Shown here piece by piece: positions 1-12,600 of a DNA stretch of 64,000 nt. Each line of letters opens with the position of its first letter. Within the stretch, counting starts at the first letter, position 1. This DNA is from Enoplolaimus lenunculus. Lineage: Eukaryota. The stretch lies in assembly GCA_030248215.1 (NCBI GenBank), contig JASANG010003092.1:682001-746000 (forward strand), given 5' to 3'. The position numbers and the translations under genes are program-made. The notes beneath the pieces were generated by a model, which was not told the origin of the DNA, did no database searches, and saw only the letters and a list, made by a program, of their open reading frames with translations.

Positions 1-2478
1 TTTTGAGTTCAAATATAGTTCTATATACATTCTCAATTATTACTTTTGAAGCACGTTTCGACCCATGTATATATAGATCACGGGTGGGCGGTTGTTTCGC
101 CGGACCTCAATTGTGAAAACTTGAGTTTTAGACTATTTTTTGCTTAGGCTTATGAATATGCTTATAGAAATCGAATAATTAACAAATCCAAGCTGCACAT
201 TTGTCAATAATTTCAAATGTTGGCAACAACTTGCATTTTTACACTGTTTTATTACCATGAAATTTTAAAAATATACACAAAATCTAAAAGCATTTTATAG
301 AACACAGACACAAACTAAAGCCGTTTTGCACAAGCTCGCTATCTAAGAGCACGTATACGATTAATGGCTGCACTGTACTTTTGCGTGACGTACAACGCCG
401 CGCTGCGATTGTGAAAAGTACCGTCCAGTTCAGATCTGCAACTACGAAAGGTCGAGACGCAGGCTGCCTCTCCCCAAACGACCCGCGGGTTCTTTCGTGG
501 AAGATTTTTTTTGACTGCCAACGATTAGAAAGTATTCCTTTCCTCCTCTGTAGACATCAACAAGTCACCCTCTGAAATGAGATTTCCTAGTGGTACGAAT
601 GTCTTAGTTCTATGATAGAAAATGGACGGTTCTTATTTGAAAAGTTAATTAAAATCGTTGTTACGCGCTTAGACGGCAAACTATAGCATCTACGATAACA
701 TATAGATATGAAATACAAAGGTGAACTGGTCATAGAGCGATGGTGAGACAAACGCTTATCGAACAATATCGCCTTCATTGCGAAGTTTAATTAATTTTTT
801 TAGCCAAGACCAGTCAAATGCGTTCCTTTTTACCAAAATCAGGATCGCAACAACGAGGAGCGACCTTGCTCAAAATTCAACCATGTTTACTTGCCCCATC
901 AAGAAAATGTTCTGGCTTCGTTTGCAAAAATTTCATGGTTGCGAGCTTCGAAACTTTTTCATGTTTAAAGCGTTTGATATACGCTCAAGTATGCGAATTA
1001 TAAGATGCGCACATGCAACAGTTCGCTAGTTTGGAAACTTATCGTTAACTGGTCATAGGTGCTATACACAGTTGAGAATATGGGTCCTGGTTGCAAGCCT
1101 GATTGCACGAAGCAGTTAACAGTATCGCGCAGTGAAGCTTGTGCAAGCAGCCGCAAGCTCTCTTTCGTGCGGTTCAAAGTTATGCAATTTCCACAAAACC
1201 ATGCGTACACTAGGTGACTTTTGATTTGACTGCGATGAACATTGAAGCCAAAAAGCTTCAGTGTTCAGCGCACTGAACCAAAAAAGCTTAACCAGTAATT
1301 AATTGGTGTTCTACTTATCCAAGAATACAAGTCATGAATAGCGGAACTTTACGCTAAGCATAACCGTAGCCAGCTGACCTTGCTAGGGGGCTAAAATTTT
1401 TTCGGAAGAGTATACAAAGGTTTTCGTTGACTTTACAATCGAGGTTGAAAATTCGCTAGGGGGGAGGCAAAATTTGTCTAGGTGAACTCAGCCCAAATTG
1501 CCCCCCTTTCGCTGCGGGCCGACACTGAGAGCCAAACATTTATACAATAACATTAATACATAATTGATAACTGAATTAATCAACAACTTGGCCCTCATGT
1601 TATCAATTCAAAACAACAAAACCACATGAACAAAGCTTTAAACTTAAACAAGCTTAGGTTTGATATATTTGGTGTAAACGCAGGTAAAGCGAAAATGCTG
1701 AAATCTTGGGTTGGCCAAATTTTTGAGTTTATCAATTGCATCAATTCATTATACCAGTTACGGATAAATTATAAAGTGTTTAGAAATTTAAAATACCTTA
1801 TTAATTTTATCGTTATTTTGATAAAATACCTCTGAAATGACCGTTACTTAAATTAATAGCTGTGACCCTGAATAAACGAATTATGCAAAACCGAATCGCT
1901 TCCACCTTATTAAAACACAGTTTCTGTCCCTGTTTTTGTCGATTGAGTTCCCCCCTGCTAGTTCGAAACGCTGTTTTGTTGCTCTGCCAATTACTGACGG
2001 ATTCAGTTGGAAACCACTGAAGCCTGGCCCTGTGTAGGGATCAAAACAAAAGTTTCGTATTAATAAATTAACGTTAAAATTGTGTTTGGCTTCTTGTTCG
2101 CTTCACTCACAGGTTTTTCAGTATTATATACTGCGCTGACCCTGGAATAAATTTCAAGATGCGCCACTGCCGAGAATTGTCCAAAATATGATTTATAAAA
2201 TGTATATATAGCAATTTATACTTTTTAACACTTAAAATTCACTATTTAATTATTTAATTAATCATTATTGTTATTAGAATTATTATTTGTTTTTTTTTAA
2301 TTCTTTTGATCATATATTTGTCATTGTAGCTAACCGTTAAGTCACTCTTGACAATCTTTGCTGTTTCTACTGGTGGTATTCATATTATTACCGTTATTTT
2401 ATTAATATATATTCTTGGTTACCAATATCATAATAGTTTTAATTATTTAATATTTCATTATTTTGTATTCACATACTA

Positions 2479-2820
2479 TTAATTATTATTATTATTATTA
2501 TTATTATCATTAATATTTTTGCTCAAAATTGTGTTTGCCGCTGTCTTTGAGCACCGCAAGCTACGTGTCCGTTTAAATCCGGACACAGCGCTTGCTCGCC
2601 GTTGTTCAGCGGCGTTTATACGCGAGTCAAGCTCGTGTAGCTCAGCCAGCGCCTTAGTCATCATCCGCAAATAGTACGCATACTCAAGACGATGTCCCGG
2701 ACGGACATGGCTGGCAAGCAGACGCTCGACTTCAGGCGTTCGTTTGTCTACAACCGCCCGGAGTGTTTCAGCGTCTTCTAACTGGCAAGCCAAGCGCGAT
2801 TTTTCGGCTTCGAGAATCGC
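2479..2820 (-). CDS. Shroom: Shroom-family protein, last coding exon (C-terminal half of SD2/ASD2 domain plus short poly-Asn tail)
   Basis: Acceptor tttgttgcag|GCG at 2821, phase 0, TAA at 2481-2479. AILEAEKSRLACQLEDAETLRAVVDKRTPEVERLLASHV...EYAYYLRMMTKALAELHELDSRINAAEQ follows the ASD2 pattern recalled for the family (QLEDAxxL...DRR..V..IL...DY..F..MK..L..E..EL..KI...EEQ). Confidence 0.85.
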   Translation of the reverse strand, partial: AILEAEKSRLACQLEDAETLRAVVDKRTPEVERLLASHVRPGHRLEYAYYLRMMTKALAELHELDSRINAAEQRRASAVSGFKRTRSLRCSKTAANTILSKNINDNNNNNNNN

Positions 2821-3313
2821 CTGCAACAAAATTCAATTTGCAGTGAGAATTATGTGCGAAAAATGTCACTTTTAGGGACGTAACAGTATGCTAAGCATAA
2901 ACAGGTCGCAAATTTTCCGCTGTTATGCTATTGAGCGTGGACAGATATAGCAGGGCTACATAAAATAATATTCTTGTACTTAAATTCAATACAAAATTAT
3001 GTCAATATTTTCGCTCGGTACACTTGATACATAAATTGGCAGAACCTTGAACCTCCCCTCTATTAAATTCGGAGAGTCGCCTCTACTTGTTTAACGCACT
3101 AAACGTTCCCCCACACACATAATGACTGGATTAATACAATTCGGCAGATGCTGAAGCTTAAGATAACTATGTTAGGCTTTGGGTTCTTAAGCTTAGCCTA
3201 AGGATAGGCCGTAAGCGTAAACTTTGGCTAAGAAAAAATAAACAGGAATGTGGAGCCTTGTCTTCTATTAAATTAACACTAATGTGGAAAGTAAACATGA
3301 AACGAAACCTTAC

Positions 3314-3658
3314 CCTTCGCTTGCTATCATCGGCATCTGGCAGTTGATCGCTGACTTGTTCCAAATGCGTTAACGCCCATTCAACGCGACTCATCCTGCG
3401 GCACAACCGGTACCGAAGGGCCAGAATTTTTCCGGTTTCAATCAAATGACGGCTCAACTTTTTTCGGTCGGCATCGTCAACCACTTCAGCGTCCGCTCCC
3501 GCCGTATCACAACCAATCCCTTCATCCAGCCAGTGCAAAATTTTAGCACCAAGTTTTTCGTTTAGCGACACTTCTTGTTTGAGTTTACAACGTTCGGTAG
3601 CCAGTGTTCGTAGTTCGTCGTCGATGGCAGCGATTTCGTCGGTGGTGATTGCTCTGGG
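3314..3658 (-). CDS. Shroom: Shroom exon, N-terminal half of SD2/ASD2 domain
   Basis: Acceptor gttttcag|CCC (3659), donor AGG|gtaagg (3313), phase 0-0. IDDELRTLATERCKLKQEVSLNEKLGAKI...RRMSRVEWAL parallels the ASD2 segment ISRKLQVL...N..LG..V...LSGRLARVENAL. Confidence 0.85.
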
Positions 3659-3942
3659 CTGAAAACTGACCAACTGATGGTAATTTATCGTTGTAACATT
3701 AATTTAGTCTATTCCAAAGCCTTAGCCTAAACGTAGGGATAAGTCTAAAAGCATCCATGTATTTACAGAATATATGTCCTCACAAGTTAGTGAATGGAGT
3801 TCCAGGTTGCTAGGATTGTGGGTGGCATAGGTCAAACCAACGACAACGTTTGAAAGTCGTCGGCGCAACGATACACAAAAACTTTTAATTTAATATTTAT
3901 ACATGTTTGCGTCATTCAAAATACATTATGAAACAAATTAAC

Positions 3943-4012
3943 CTCTTTGCATTCGCTATCTGATGCTCGATCCAACTTAAACACAGAGTCTTCGCTTCGG
4001 CTTGAATCCAAT
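3943..4012 (-). CDS. Shroom: Shroom small internal exon (LDSSRSEDSVFKLDRASDSECKE)
   Basis: Acceptor tttttatttcag|A (4013), donor GAG|gttaat (3942). The 70 nt convert phase 2 to phase 0, exactly as the flanking exons require. Absent from the ORF track. Confidence 0.7.
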
Positions 4013-4084
4013 CTGAAATAAAAATACTACGTGTAAAAACTTAAGCGTAATCAAAAAAATTAGCCTAAAGCTTTAGTTCGAAGC

Positions 4085-4410
4085 GGAATTACGACTTGGG
4101 CTAGCCCAATGTCTGATAAAGCTGCGCGTTTGCTGATTGGTTACTTGATTGCCGTATATTGTTCGGCGGCAATTTAGCTTTGTGAAACCAACAGCTTGGT
4201 AGCCATCAGGTAGCGACCACTTAGCCAATCAGAAAATAGCATTCGCGTCAGCTAATTGTATTTGAATATGGCATTAATGTAGTAGCCAATCGCAAGGCGT
4301 GCACTTGTAACAAAAAAGATTTACACCACGGGCAAGCACAAGTCGTAATTTCGAGCTGGACTTGTCCAATTTGGAATGGGATTGAATTACGGCTTGAGCT
4401 ACGACATATA
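4085..4410. mobile_element. Dispersed repeat with internal GATTGG/CCAATC inverted motifs
   Basis: Inverted relative at about 12226-12490. Confidence 0.5.
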
Positions 4411-4944
4411 TAATAAGCATTAGAATTTTAGCGTTTTCAAAGCGTGTTCAACACATATTTCAGTATTTTAAAGTTCACGAATTATGCCGAAGGGTAGACT
4501 TTCTAAAATAGTCTTGTATGAACACCATATTTTTCAGTTGTTTAGCTAGAAATCACTTACCTAGCTTCAGATAATTGCATCGAAAAATTTCACTACAATA
4601 GTGCTGGCTCGAGGGATAACATATCCATCCTCTATAGAACCGCCGCTGATTAGTGCTGCTTAAGCCAGAAATCGCTTTCATTTGTAAGACAAAGGTTCAA
4701 GTGAAATATGTTTGAAAATTTATAGCCAAAAACCGATCTGCTCCCTTGGTAAAAGCTAAAACTTTATAATAAGCTCAATACGTTAGATGAAGCCAAAAGT
4801 TGCTTGTAGCATGCTGACAATTTCCTAATTTACAAGCGGCGCTAATACTTTTCCCGGAAAGGATCATAGCTTTTTAGTAGGGCTATGCCTATAGCATGCA
4901 ACTCCTCTGGCTATAAGCCTGAACGAATACAACGACACACTTAC

Positions 4945-5334
4945 ACAAAGCGTCCAGGAGTATCCAGTCCGCTCCCATTGTCATCAGATGACGTATAACT
5001 GCGGCCAGAAAGGATTCCAAGCTCACAACGGTCCACGTTCAACTGAGCACAGATCGACTGTGCTCGTCCAGAATCAGGAGGAACCATCTCGCGGTCCCGA
5101 CGCAAGACCTCGCCCGCTTGTTTATCAGTCTCCGCAGGTGTGTTTTGTTGCTTGGCTCTCAATGTACACGGACGCATGGGCTGCACAATTGCAGCGCGTT
5201 TTGCACCATGAACAGTGGTAGTTGCAGTCTCAGTCGTTGATGAATCAATTGAGTTGCAATTTTGTGTTAAGTGTAACAAGGTTTCTGTGTTAATTTGATG
5301 ATAGAAAATGTGGCCGTCTTTGTTCTTGCTATTA

Positions 5335-5366
<32 letters not shown>

Positions 5367-5438
5367 GTTGTTGTTGTTGTTGTTGTTTTTGTATTTATTA
5401 TTATTGGTATTGGAATTTTTGTTTTTGTCGTAGTTGGC

Positions 5439-5489
<51 letters not shown>

Positions 5490-5808
5490 GTTATGATTAT
5501 TATTATTATTGTTGTTGTTGTTGTTATTGTTGCTGCAGGCAACTGTACGATCGCTTGTCGATCCAGAAGTTGAACAACCACTCGATGATGCTTCAGAATC
5601 TGACGAATTGTCCGTCCGAGATGAATAAGCCAAATGTGACATTTGTTGCTGGCGTATGCTGTCAAATTTGTCAATCTGAGTAAGTTTTGGAATGACAGGT
5701 GCATTTGGGTGGAGTGATTGTTGCGACATCGTTTGAGATGATATTTGAGTCGGGACCGTACCGGCGACGTACGGAATGGATTTCAAAGTTGGATTGTCGG
5801 TTGGTCCG
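4945..5808 (-). CDS. Shroom: Shroom exon, low-complexity S/N-rich region with long poly-Asn tract
   Basis: Overlaps ORF 4941..5786. Acceptor ctattttcag|C (5809), donor GT|gtaagt (4944). 864 nt, phase 2-2. Confidence 0.8.
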
Positions 5809-6264
5809 CTGAAAATAGATAAATTTCAAAGATTGCAACTAGCAAACCAGTATCGGATTCTTGCTTCAACCGTTACTTTTTTTAAAAGCCTGCTTCGGCA
5901 ATCTTGAAGGTGTACCAAATGCCGATCCGGACAGTTTGGACAAGGGGCGCAGTACCCTTTACAATGGTATCGGATAAATTTGTTTCGCACAATATTTAAA
6001 AATAACAAACTGATTTAGGTACATACCGCAAAGACTTAATACATTTGTTGTGACCTTTCACAAACTAAAATCTTGCCTACGACCATGCGTCTAATTGTAC
6101 ATCAAATACAGCAGTTTATGTTTATGACTAAGCTAAGTGTTTAAAATTGAGAAAAATATTAAATTAAAAAGTGTTAGATCACAGAACCTCATTCTACAAA
6201 TTCTACCATATTTCTGAACACTCGTTATAGAGTGTTAGTTAATATGTTTTGCGTCAAACTTTAC

Positions 6265-6320
6265 CTTATACAAACTGGTGAAGCACCAGCAGAGCGAGTA
6301 ACTGAACAGCGAACTATCAT
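6265..6320 (-). CDS. Candidate alternative first coding exon of a short Shroom isoform (MIVRCSVTRSAGASPVCI)
   Basis: ATG at 6320 with an open frame to donor AAG|gtaaag (6264) in phase 2, compatible with the 5808 acceptor. No transcript evidence. Confidence 0.3.
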
Positions 6321-6375
6321 CGTTTAGTACAAACAATTAAATTTTATACATCAAGAAATCAATAATTTCCAAGTA

Positions 6376-6519
6376 CGAAATAATTACTTAGCTGCAGGAA
6401 TACGAAAATTCCGAAATAATTACTTAGCTACAGGAATACGAAAATTCCGAAATAATTACTTAGCTACTGGAATACGAAAATTCCGAAATAATTACTTAGC
6501 TACAGGAATACGAAAATTC
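6376..6519. repeat. Minisatellite, 4 x 36 bp
   Basis: Unit cgaaataattacttagctacaggaatacgaaaattc, head to tail, no spacers. Confidence 0.95.
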
Positions 6520-9396
6520 TTCTCGAGTCTTGTAGGAATTGATACACCCCATCGGAACCGAGAGTAAATACGGGGGGGCAACAGTATACAATAGGGATTA
6601 ATATTTTTCTAATCTGACACCGCCTGCTTGAAGAGTTGTTCGCAATTTGTCAACTCGTGTGCGATCTTAAAAACCCTAATGTTTAAATCGTGGTCAAAAT
6701 TTAGACAACCAATAAAAATGCTGCGGTACACCACTAGATGCCCTAGTCGATTTAGTTCATAGTGTTCATATCACGCTATAACCATTTTATCTTTAAAATA
6801 TCGGTATTTTTTCCGCGAAAGTCGTTCCAGGCACAAAGACTCGAAGCTTAGGCTTGGGCTTAGGTTTTGTCTAAAGCTTCAGAAAATAATGATGCACTCA
6901 GCAGTGTCGGATTCAGGATCTCAAAATGGGGAGGGGAGCCAAAATTTCACAGGTAATAAACTTTTATTTTGATCCACTCACAAACCACGAACTATTGCCA
7001 TAAAATTGACTTCTTTAGGTTCGTTCCATTGAGATGAATCACAAATAAAACTAACGCATCAACGCAATTTAGATCTAAACAACAGAGTGACAACATAAGT
7101 TCGGATTTGGTTTCAAACAGGCACAAATTTAAAGGCAGTTGCTTATACTATTGTGCATAAAACAGAGAATTGACACTCTATATAATTTTTGTCGAGATCC
7201 TGTTGTGGGGGGGGGGGGGCCCGGCCGGGGTGGGTCCCCCATGGATCCGCCATTGATGCGCTGTATTGCGGGACGTAAATTTTCCCATCTTTCACAATTG
7301 TGAGGCAAGTGCCAAAACATGTATAGAGTTAAGTTTACTCCAGCAATATAGTTGGATAATTTCAAATTCAATGACTGCAATTCGAATAGAAATGACTCAA
7401 TTTAGAATTGAAAATTAGGAAACGTTTTGTACAATTCTTATTGCCGAATACGCCCGCAAGTAGCACAGGTGACCGAAACACAGTTGCGTGGGAAGATCGA
7501 AACAAAAAAAGTAGTGTATATTGTGACGGAATAATAGAGTGTGCTCTTTCGAGTGGTGCACTTTTGCAAGCGATGAATAATAAAATTTTATTGCTAGTTT
7601 TTCTGCAATTTCTTGCAAAAAACAACAACAAGACACGGTAGAATCATCTGAAGGACGCTATTTTGTCTGCTTACTTTTCCACATTCAAAAAAAACAAGGT
7701 TCATTATCAATTGTTTTCTTACAATGTAACAGTGAATGGTACATTTGAATCCATGACTCTTGTACAGTTCCCCCCACATTTAAAGTTAACGATTAAGCTA
7801 AGACTCAGGCTAAGTCTTAGGAGAACGCTTAAACAGACGGTCAGGTTGGCGCTATACTTTTGATGACGTCCGGTGCCGTGTGTCACAGTTCGGCGGTATC
7901 CGCCATTGTCCGGCGCCGTCCACCACTTTGCGTATCGTAAGCGTCACCCTTACGCTTATACTTAGGCTTATCGTTAAACTTTATCCGAAACCTAAACCTG
8001 AGCCTGAAACCGTGTGTGGGAGCAAAGTGTACAAGATTCGAAACTAATTTTAACCATAAAGGACTTTGCGTTTCAGCGTCGAGTTATCTTGCAAATTTGA
8101 TGAATTTGATAGTATTTTTAAGCGTATAGCAATCAATGTACCTTTATCATTGGAAACAGCGCGAAGAACTTCAGTCAAATGGTATTTTCAGAAACAATCA
8201 TTTCAGCACGAATAAAAATATATCCTAAGCATAAAACTAAGGTTTAGCCTACGCATAATGCTGCTGGGCGACAAATTGTCGAGTTGATGAAATTTGAAAT
8301 TACAAGTTGTCGGACGACGAGTCGTCGGGCCACGAATTGTCGTCATAGCGTTGCAAACAGTATTAGAACAAAATCTGCAGACGTGTTATTAAATATATTT
8401 ACAAAACGATTTGAAACGTTTTGTACCCAGAGTTCAATCACGGATAAGAAATCAACCTCAGGTTGTTCGACTGTAAACTGAAAAATGTTTCGTCGTTACA
8501 GTTATTTTGGTTTTATAAAACGCATCTAAAACTAGTTTGATTTCTAAATTTAGTATCAATTCTCACAAAACACTTAATCTGCTAGTACAACTAAAAAGTA
8601 GTGTCGTTGAATAAAATTTTAAAATCATAAGGTCTTATATCTTGCGTCTTGGTTTGATTTTAAAACAAAATAAGACAAATTTTACACTTTATATTTTAAA
8701 GTCATAAAAATAGACTAAGCACTTAGCGGCGGATTGACAAATTTCTAACGAGGGGAAAACGAGATAGAATAGTGACATAGCACACGAGCGAAGCAAACTA
8801 ACTGTAACTTCAGAAGTCTAAATCTGAATACAAAATTTTGGTTTTGATCCCTGTTGCAGGAAACTTAAGCCTAGGTGACCACTAGTTCGATTCACCGGTA
8901 AAAGTACTAGTTAGGACAGGTAGGGCAAGTCCACTTAACTTTCGTTTAAGTAAAATGCCCACAATATCAGTGCAATAATTTCAGTCAAAATTAGCATTAA
9001 ATTTAAAACAGACCAACGTTTAATACTTCAAATCAGTTTAATCGGGGAATCGTTTTGAAAATATCGATACAGTAGAAACAATTCTTATAGCAACAGCAGC
9101 ATCAGTGCGTTTACGCCGGCAACCGGTATGAGCTACTAAAGTTTAGAAAGTGTAAGTTTAAAACCTGAAAATAGAATTTTAACCAAAAATAACCGTAATA
9201 AATAAATTTATACACAATCACAACAAGTGTGAACAAATTTCCTTAAGCTGGTGTCATTGACATATTAAAACTGCGTTTTTGATATTTTGTGTCGATCCCG
9301 TTTACTGCTGGATGTGAGGGGTCCCAAATTCGTGATACTCTCTCTAAAAATTAAACTTAAATTGTAGCTTAACTAAAATTGAATATCAGTTTAAGC

Positions 9397-9674
9397 AAGA
9401 GTGGATGATGTCCACCTTGCAGAAGAGTGTGCAACTGCTTGGGCTGTGCATGGCACCAGGGGGGTAGTCACCACTTAATCTACATTGTAAACACAGGAGT
9501 TAAAATATAATCGGAGCGACTTTAGCTAAAATTCAAAATATTGGTTCAACGATTCCCCCCCCCAAATAAGGGGGGTATACCAAAAACGCAACGCGTGCCG
9601 GGTACATTCTTTAATACACAGAATATACCCAGTTGCACACTCTTGTTATAAAGAGTGATCATTCACTCTTGGTT
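9397..9674. mobile_element. MITE with AAGAGTGTGCAACT...AGTTGCACACTCTT inverted repeats
   Basis: Second copy at 17908-18211 with the same inverted motifs and shared cacagaatatac.cagttgcacactcttg. Confidence 0.65.
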
Positions 9675-12600
9675 TAAGTAAAACGTAAATGACTGGACGG
9701 ATCAACTAAACTAGAATTTTAAGTTTTACTTAAACTAACGCGTTTTTAAGTTTAACACGAGTTTAAGAAAACTTATTTTTAGATTAAGTAACAAGACCAA
9801 CCGTGTATCCAAGAGTTGAATAAGTTTAGCTTAAACAGAAATTATGTAAGATTTTAAATGAGTTTAAGCGTAAACCTACCTGTTAGTTTAGTTTATCTAA
9901 AAAGTTAGTTTAATACTGGTGGATTAGCTTAGGCTTAAATCAAGTTAGTTTAAGCTTTACGGAGCGGGGGCTGCTATGTACTGCACTAAAGTGGTTAATG
10001 TGCGGTTTTTTGTTTACCTATTTGCACGTGATATATATACTTAAACTTAGACGCAAGTTCTACACAGTATCTTGTTCAAATATAGCATTCATTAGCTACA
10101 ATTAAATCCTCGCTCTATTACGGAAGTCATTGTTACACGTTTACTTCACGCTGTTAAAACTGAACAAACAAAACTAAAGCGTCTAAGTCTAAGCGTTTTA
10201 AACTTAGACTTGACATAATATCAGCGACAGCTATGCCGAAAAACGTGCGAAACACGGTCCTGTAGCCAGAGGGGGACAGAAATGGTTCAACTCAAGAAAA
10301 ATGTTGCACTCAGAAAACTTACTTTTGGACCGGCTTGTAAGCTTGTTATTTATACCTTATTGCGTCCTAAACATTCCCCCTCAATCCCTTTCCAGGTTGT
10401 GCTGGCTATGGGCCTAGTGAAATAGGCAACCAACCAGGAATTATTAGTAGAAACGGTACATACATTGAATACTGCGGGGCGTAAAAAATTTTTTACTAAC
10501 ATTGTAATGCTGTTGGTAAATTTTCGGCTCGAGCAGCGCAAATGTTTTTGTACAAGGTGTTTCGCCCCTACTTTCCTGTCTTCTACAATTACAACGTTGG
10601 TGTGAAATTAACGCAAACTTTCCTCACTGTCTGACAGCAACTAAATTGTTTGCTTTAACGCAATAGTTCATACATTCTAATCCAAAATCGGAAAGTTTAC
10701 ACACAAAAATTACTTAGCTACTACAGTTTGAACTAAAATAGTTTCACTGAAAATAAATGCAAGCTGATTTGAAAATATATTTCGAATTTGCATTATATAT
10801 ATTAGATCTGACGTGAGGCCCCCATATATTGCAAAAAATTTTCGCTAACGAAGCGGGCGAGAAGTCAAACGGAATTTTCGCAACAGAAATGTACAAAATT
10901 ATACCATAAGTAGCTTACTGTTTTTCGTAAAAAAATGTTCCATCGTGGGCGCGGCTGCCACTTAATTTTCCTTCACGATTCACACCTGATTAGACTATTA
11001 ACTGCAATCAATAGAATCAAAACAGATTGTCAATTTCATGCGATACGTTTGTTGATCAATTAAGCTATCAAACGCCAACTAAAATCAACACAACTTAGAA
11101 ATTTTGGGCAATTTCTAAACGTGCACTCTGTAAAAAAATATCTAAGCTTGTCTAACGTTTTGCTGACGTGCGATCAGTAATAGTTATCACTAACGACAAC
11201 AGCTGTCATAATGTGAATTCCAGCGGGATGTAAACAGTTTATCAATTTAAGTATTTTCGAGTAAAAATAATTGAAAAACTTTTTTAAGAACTTGACGACA
11301 GGCAAGCGATAAAATTTTACAAAGTGTGATCTGTCATTGTGAGTTTATGCCCAAGGGGATGCAGCTACATCCGCCTGAGACCTCAAGGATTAGTTATTAT
11401 TTAAGTATATGAATAAAAAATAGCAGATTTTTAGATGGAGCGGATTATTTAGAATTTTCTACACTGGACCCCTTTTGCACGCAACAAGTAACCTGGGGGT
11501 GTTCATGGTCAAGGGGCGTAGCCATGTGAGGTTTCAGGAGTCAAACCCCCGTTTGAAAGTATTTCAACGCGTAGTAAGATACATTTTCAAATTATAGAAC
11601 AAGAATCCTCTACGAAGCTTCTGTAGAATGTAGGCCCGTTCCAAAATTAAGGGTACGCCCCATTGCCCATATGCTAACTGACACCAATGTTACTTTCAGG
11701 GGCGTAAACTGTAGATTTCGAGTATTCCTAAGCCTAAGCCTAAGCGTAAACGTTGCAAAAATGAGTTCCTAAGCCTAATCCTAAACAAAAAATGTAATCT
11801 AGAATCGAAACCTACTCTTTTATGGACCCGCCAGAAACGTGGACGCCCCTTAAAGTAACATAGGCCCTAACTGACGGGAAAACATTAATTTTTTGACCAG
11901 AATCCGATAAAATGACCAACCCACTGTCTCACACTAAAGTTTTAAATACTTTTTGTAAAAGTATTTTTTCTTCAAAGTTTTTTAAATTAAAACTACGTTA
12001 TCATTTTAAGTTAATCAGTCTAAAAGTCGTTTTTGTAGATTTTTTAGATTTTGTCGCGAAACGCAAAAATAGTTGTGAAAAATGCGAACGCGTTTGACGT
12101 CAGATGTGGGTAATTGCACGCGAAAAATTTGGTTAATCTTTAAGGTTGATCCTAAGGCAAGAATATGATAATTTTACAATTATAACCATTTTCAAATGTC
12201 ATTAAAGGTTAACAAACGTTCGTATACGACGTAGCCCAAGGTGTAATTCGGCCAATTTTAAATTGAGCTTTTTTAGAGTGGAATTGCACTTTCGGCTAGC
12301 TTAAGGTAAAAGCTCAAGCTTCACGCATTGTGATTGGTTAATATTTTGATATCATAAACAATTTTGATTGGCTGGTGTAAAGCACTGTTCTCCCTGGCTT
12401 TCCTCGTTTACGTAGTAACCAATCAAAACCTATCACTTGATTAGAGATATAATTTCACATGTTCGCATTGGACTAGTCCAAAGTGTAATTGGTATAATCT
12501 GCAACTAAGGCTACACGGTAACCAAAGGTGCCCACGAATAGCACTGAACGGATGGAAATCATGTGTTGACTCAATACAACAAATATTTAAGCTGAACCAA

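Noticed and set aside
339..1210. Short ORFs at the window start
   Set aside because: No recognisable domain or consistent exon chain.
4561..4631. Possible extra Shroom exon with a strong gtaagt donor
   Set aside because: Its 71 nt would shift the frame of the downstream exons; the model is complete without it.
5267..5704. Poly-Ile/Val/Thr/Cys ORFs here and at 50655-51033 and 61308-61617
   Set aside because: Alternative-frame or antisense readings of Asn/Gln codon repeats.
6376..6519. CRISPR-like 36-bp repeats (also the 34-bp repeats at 59924-60077)
   Set aside because: Units are contiguous with no unique spacers, no cas genes are present, and the context is eukaryotic.
10919..10985. Open segment with AG/GT boundaries on the minus strand
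   Set aside because: Needs phase 1 entry, but the upstream exon ends in phase 2.
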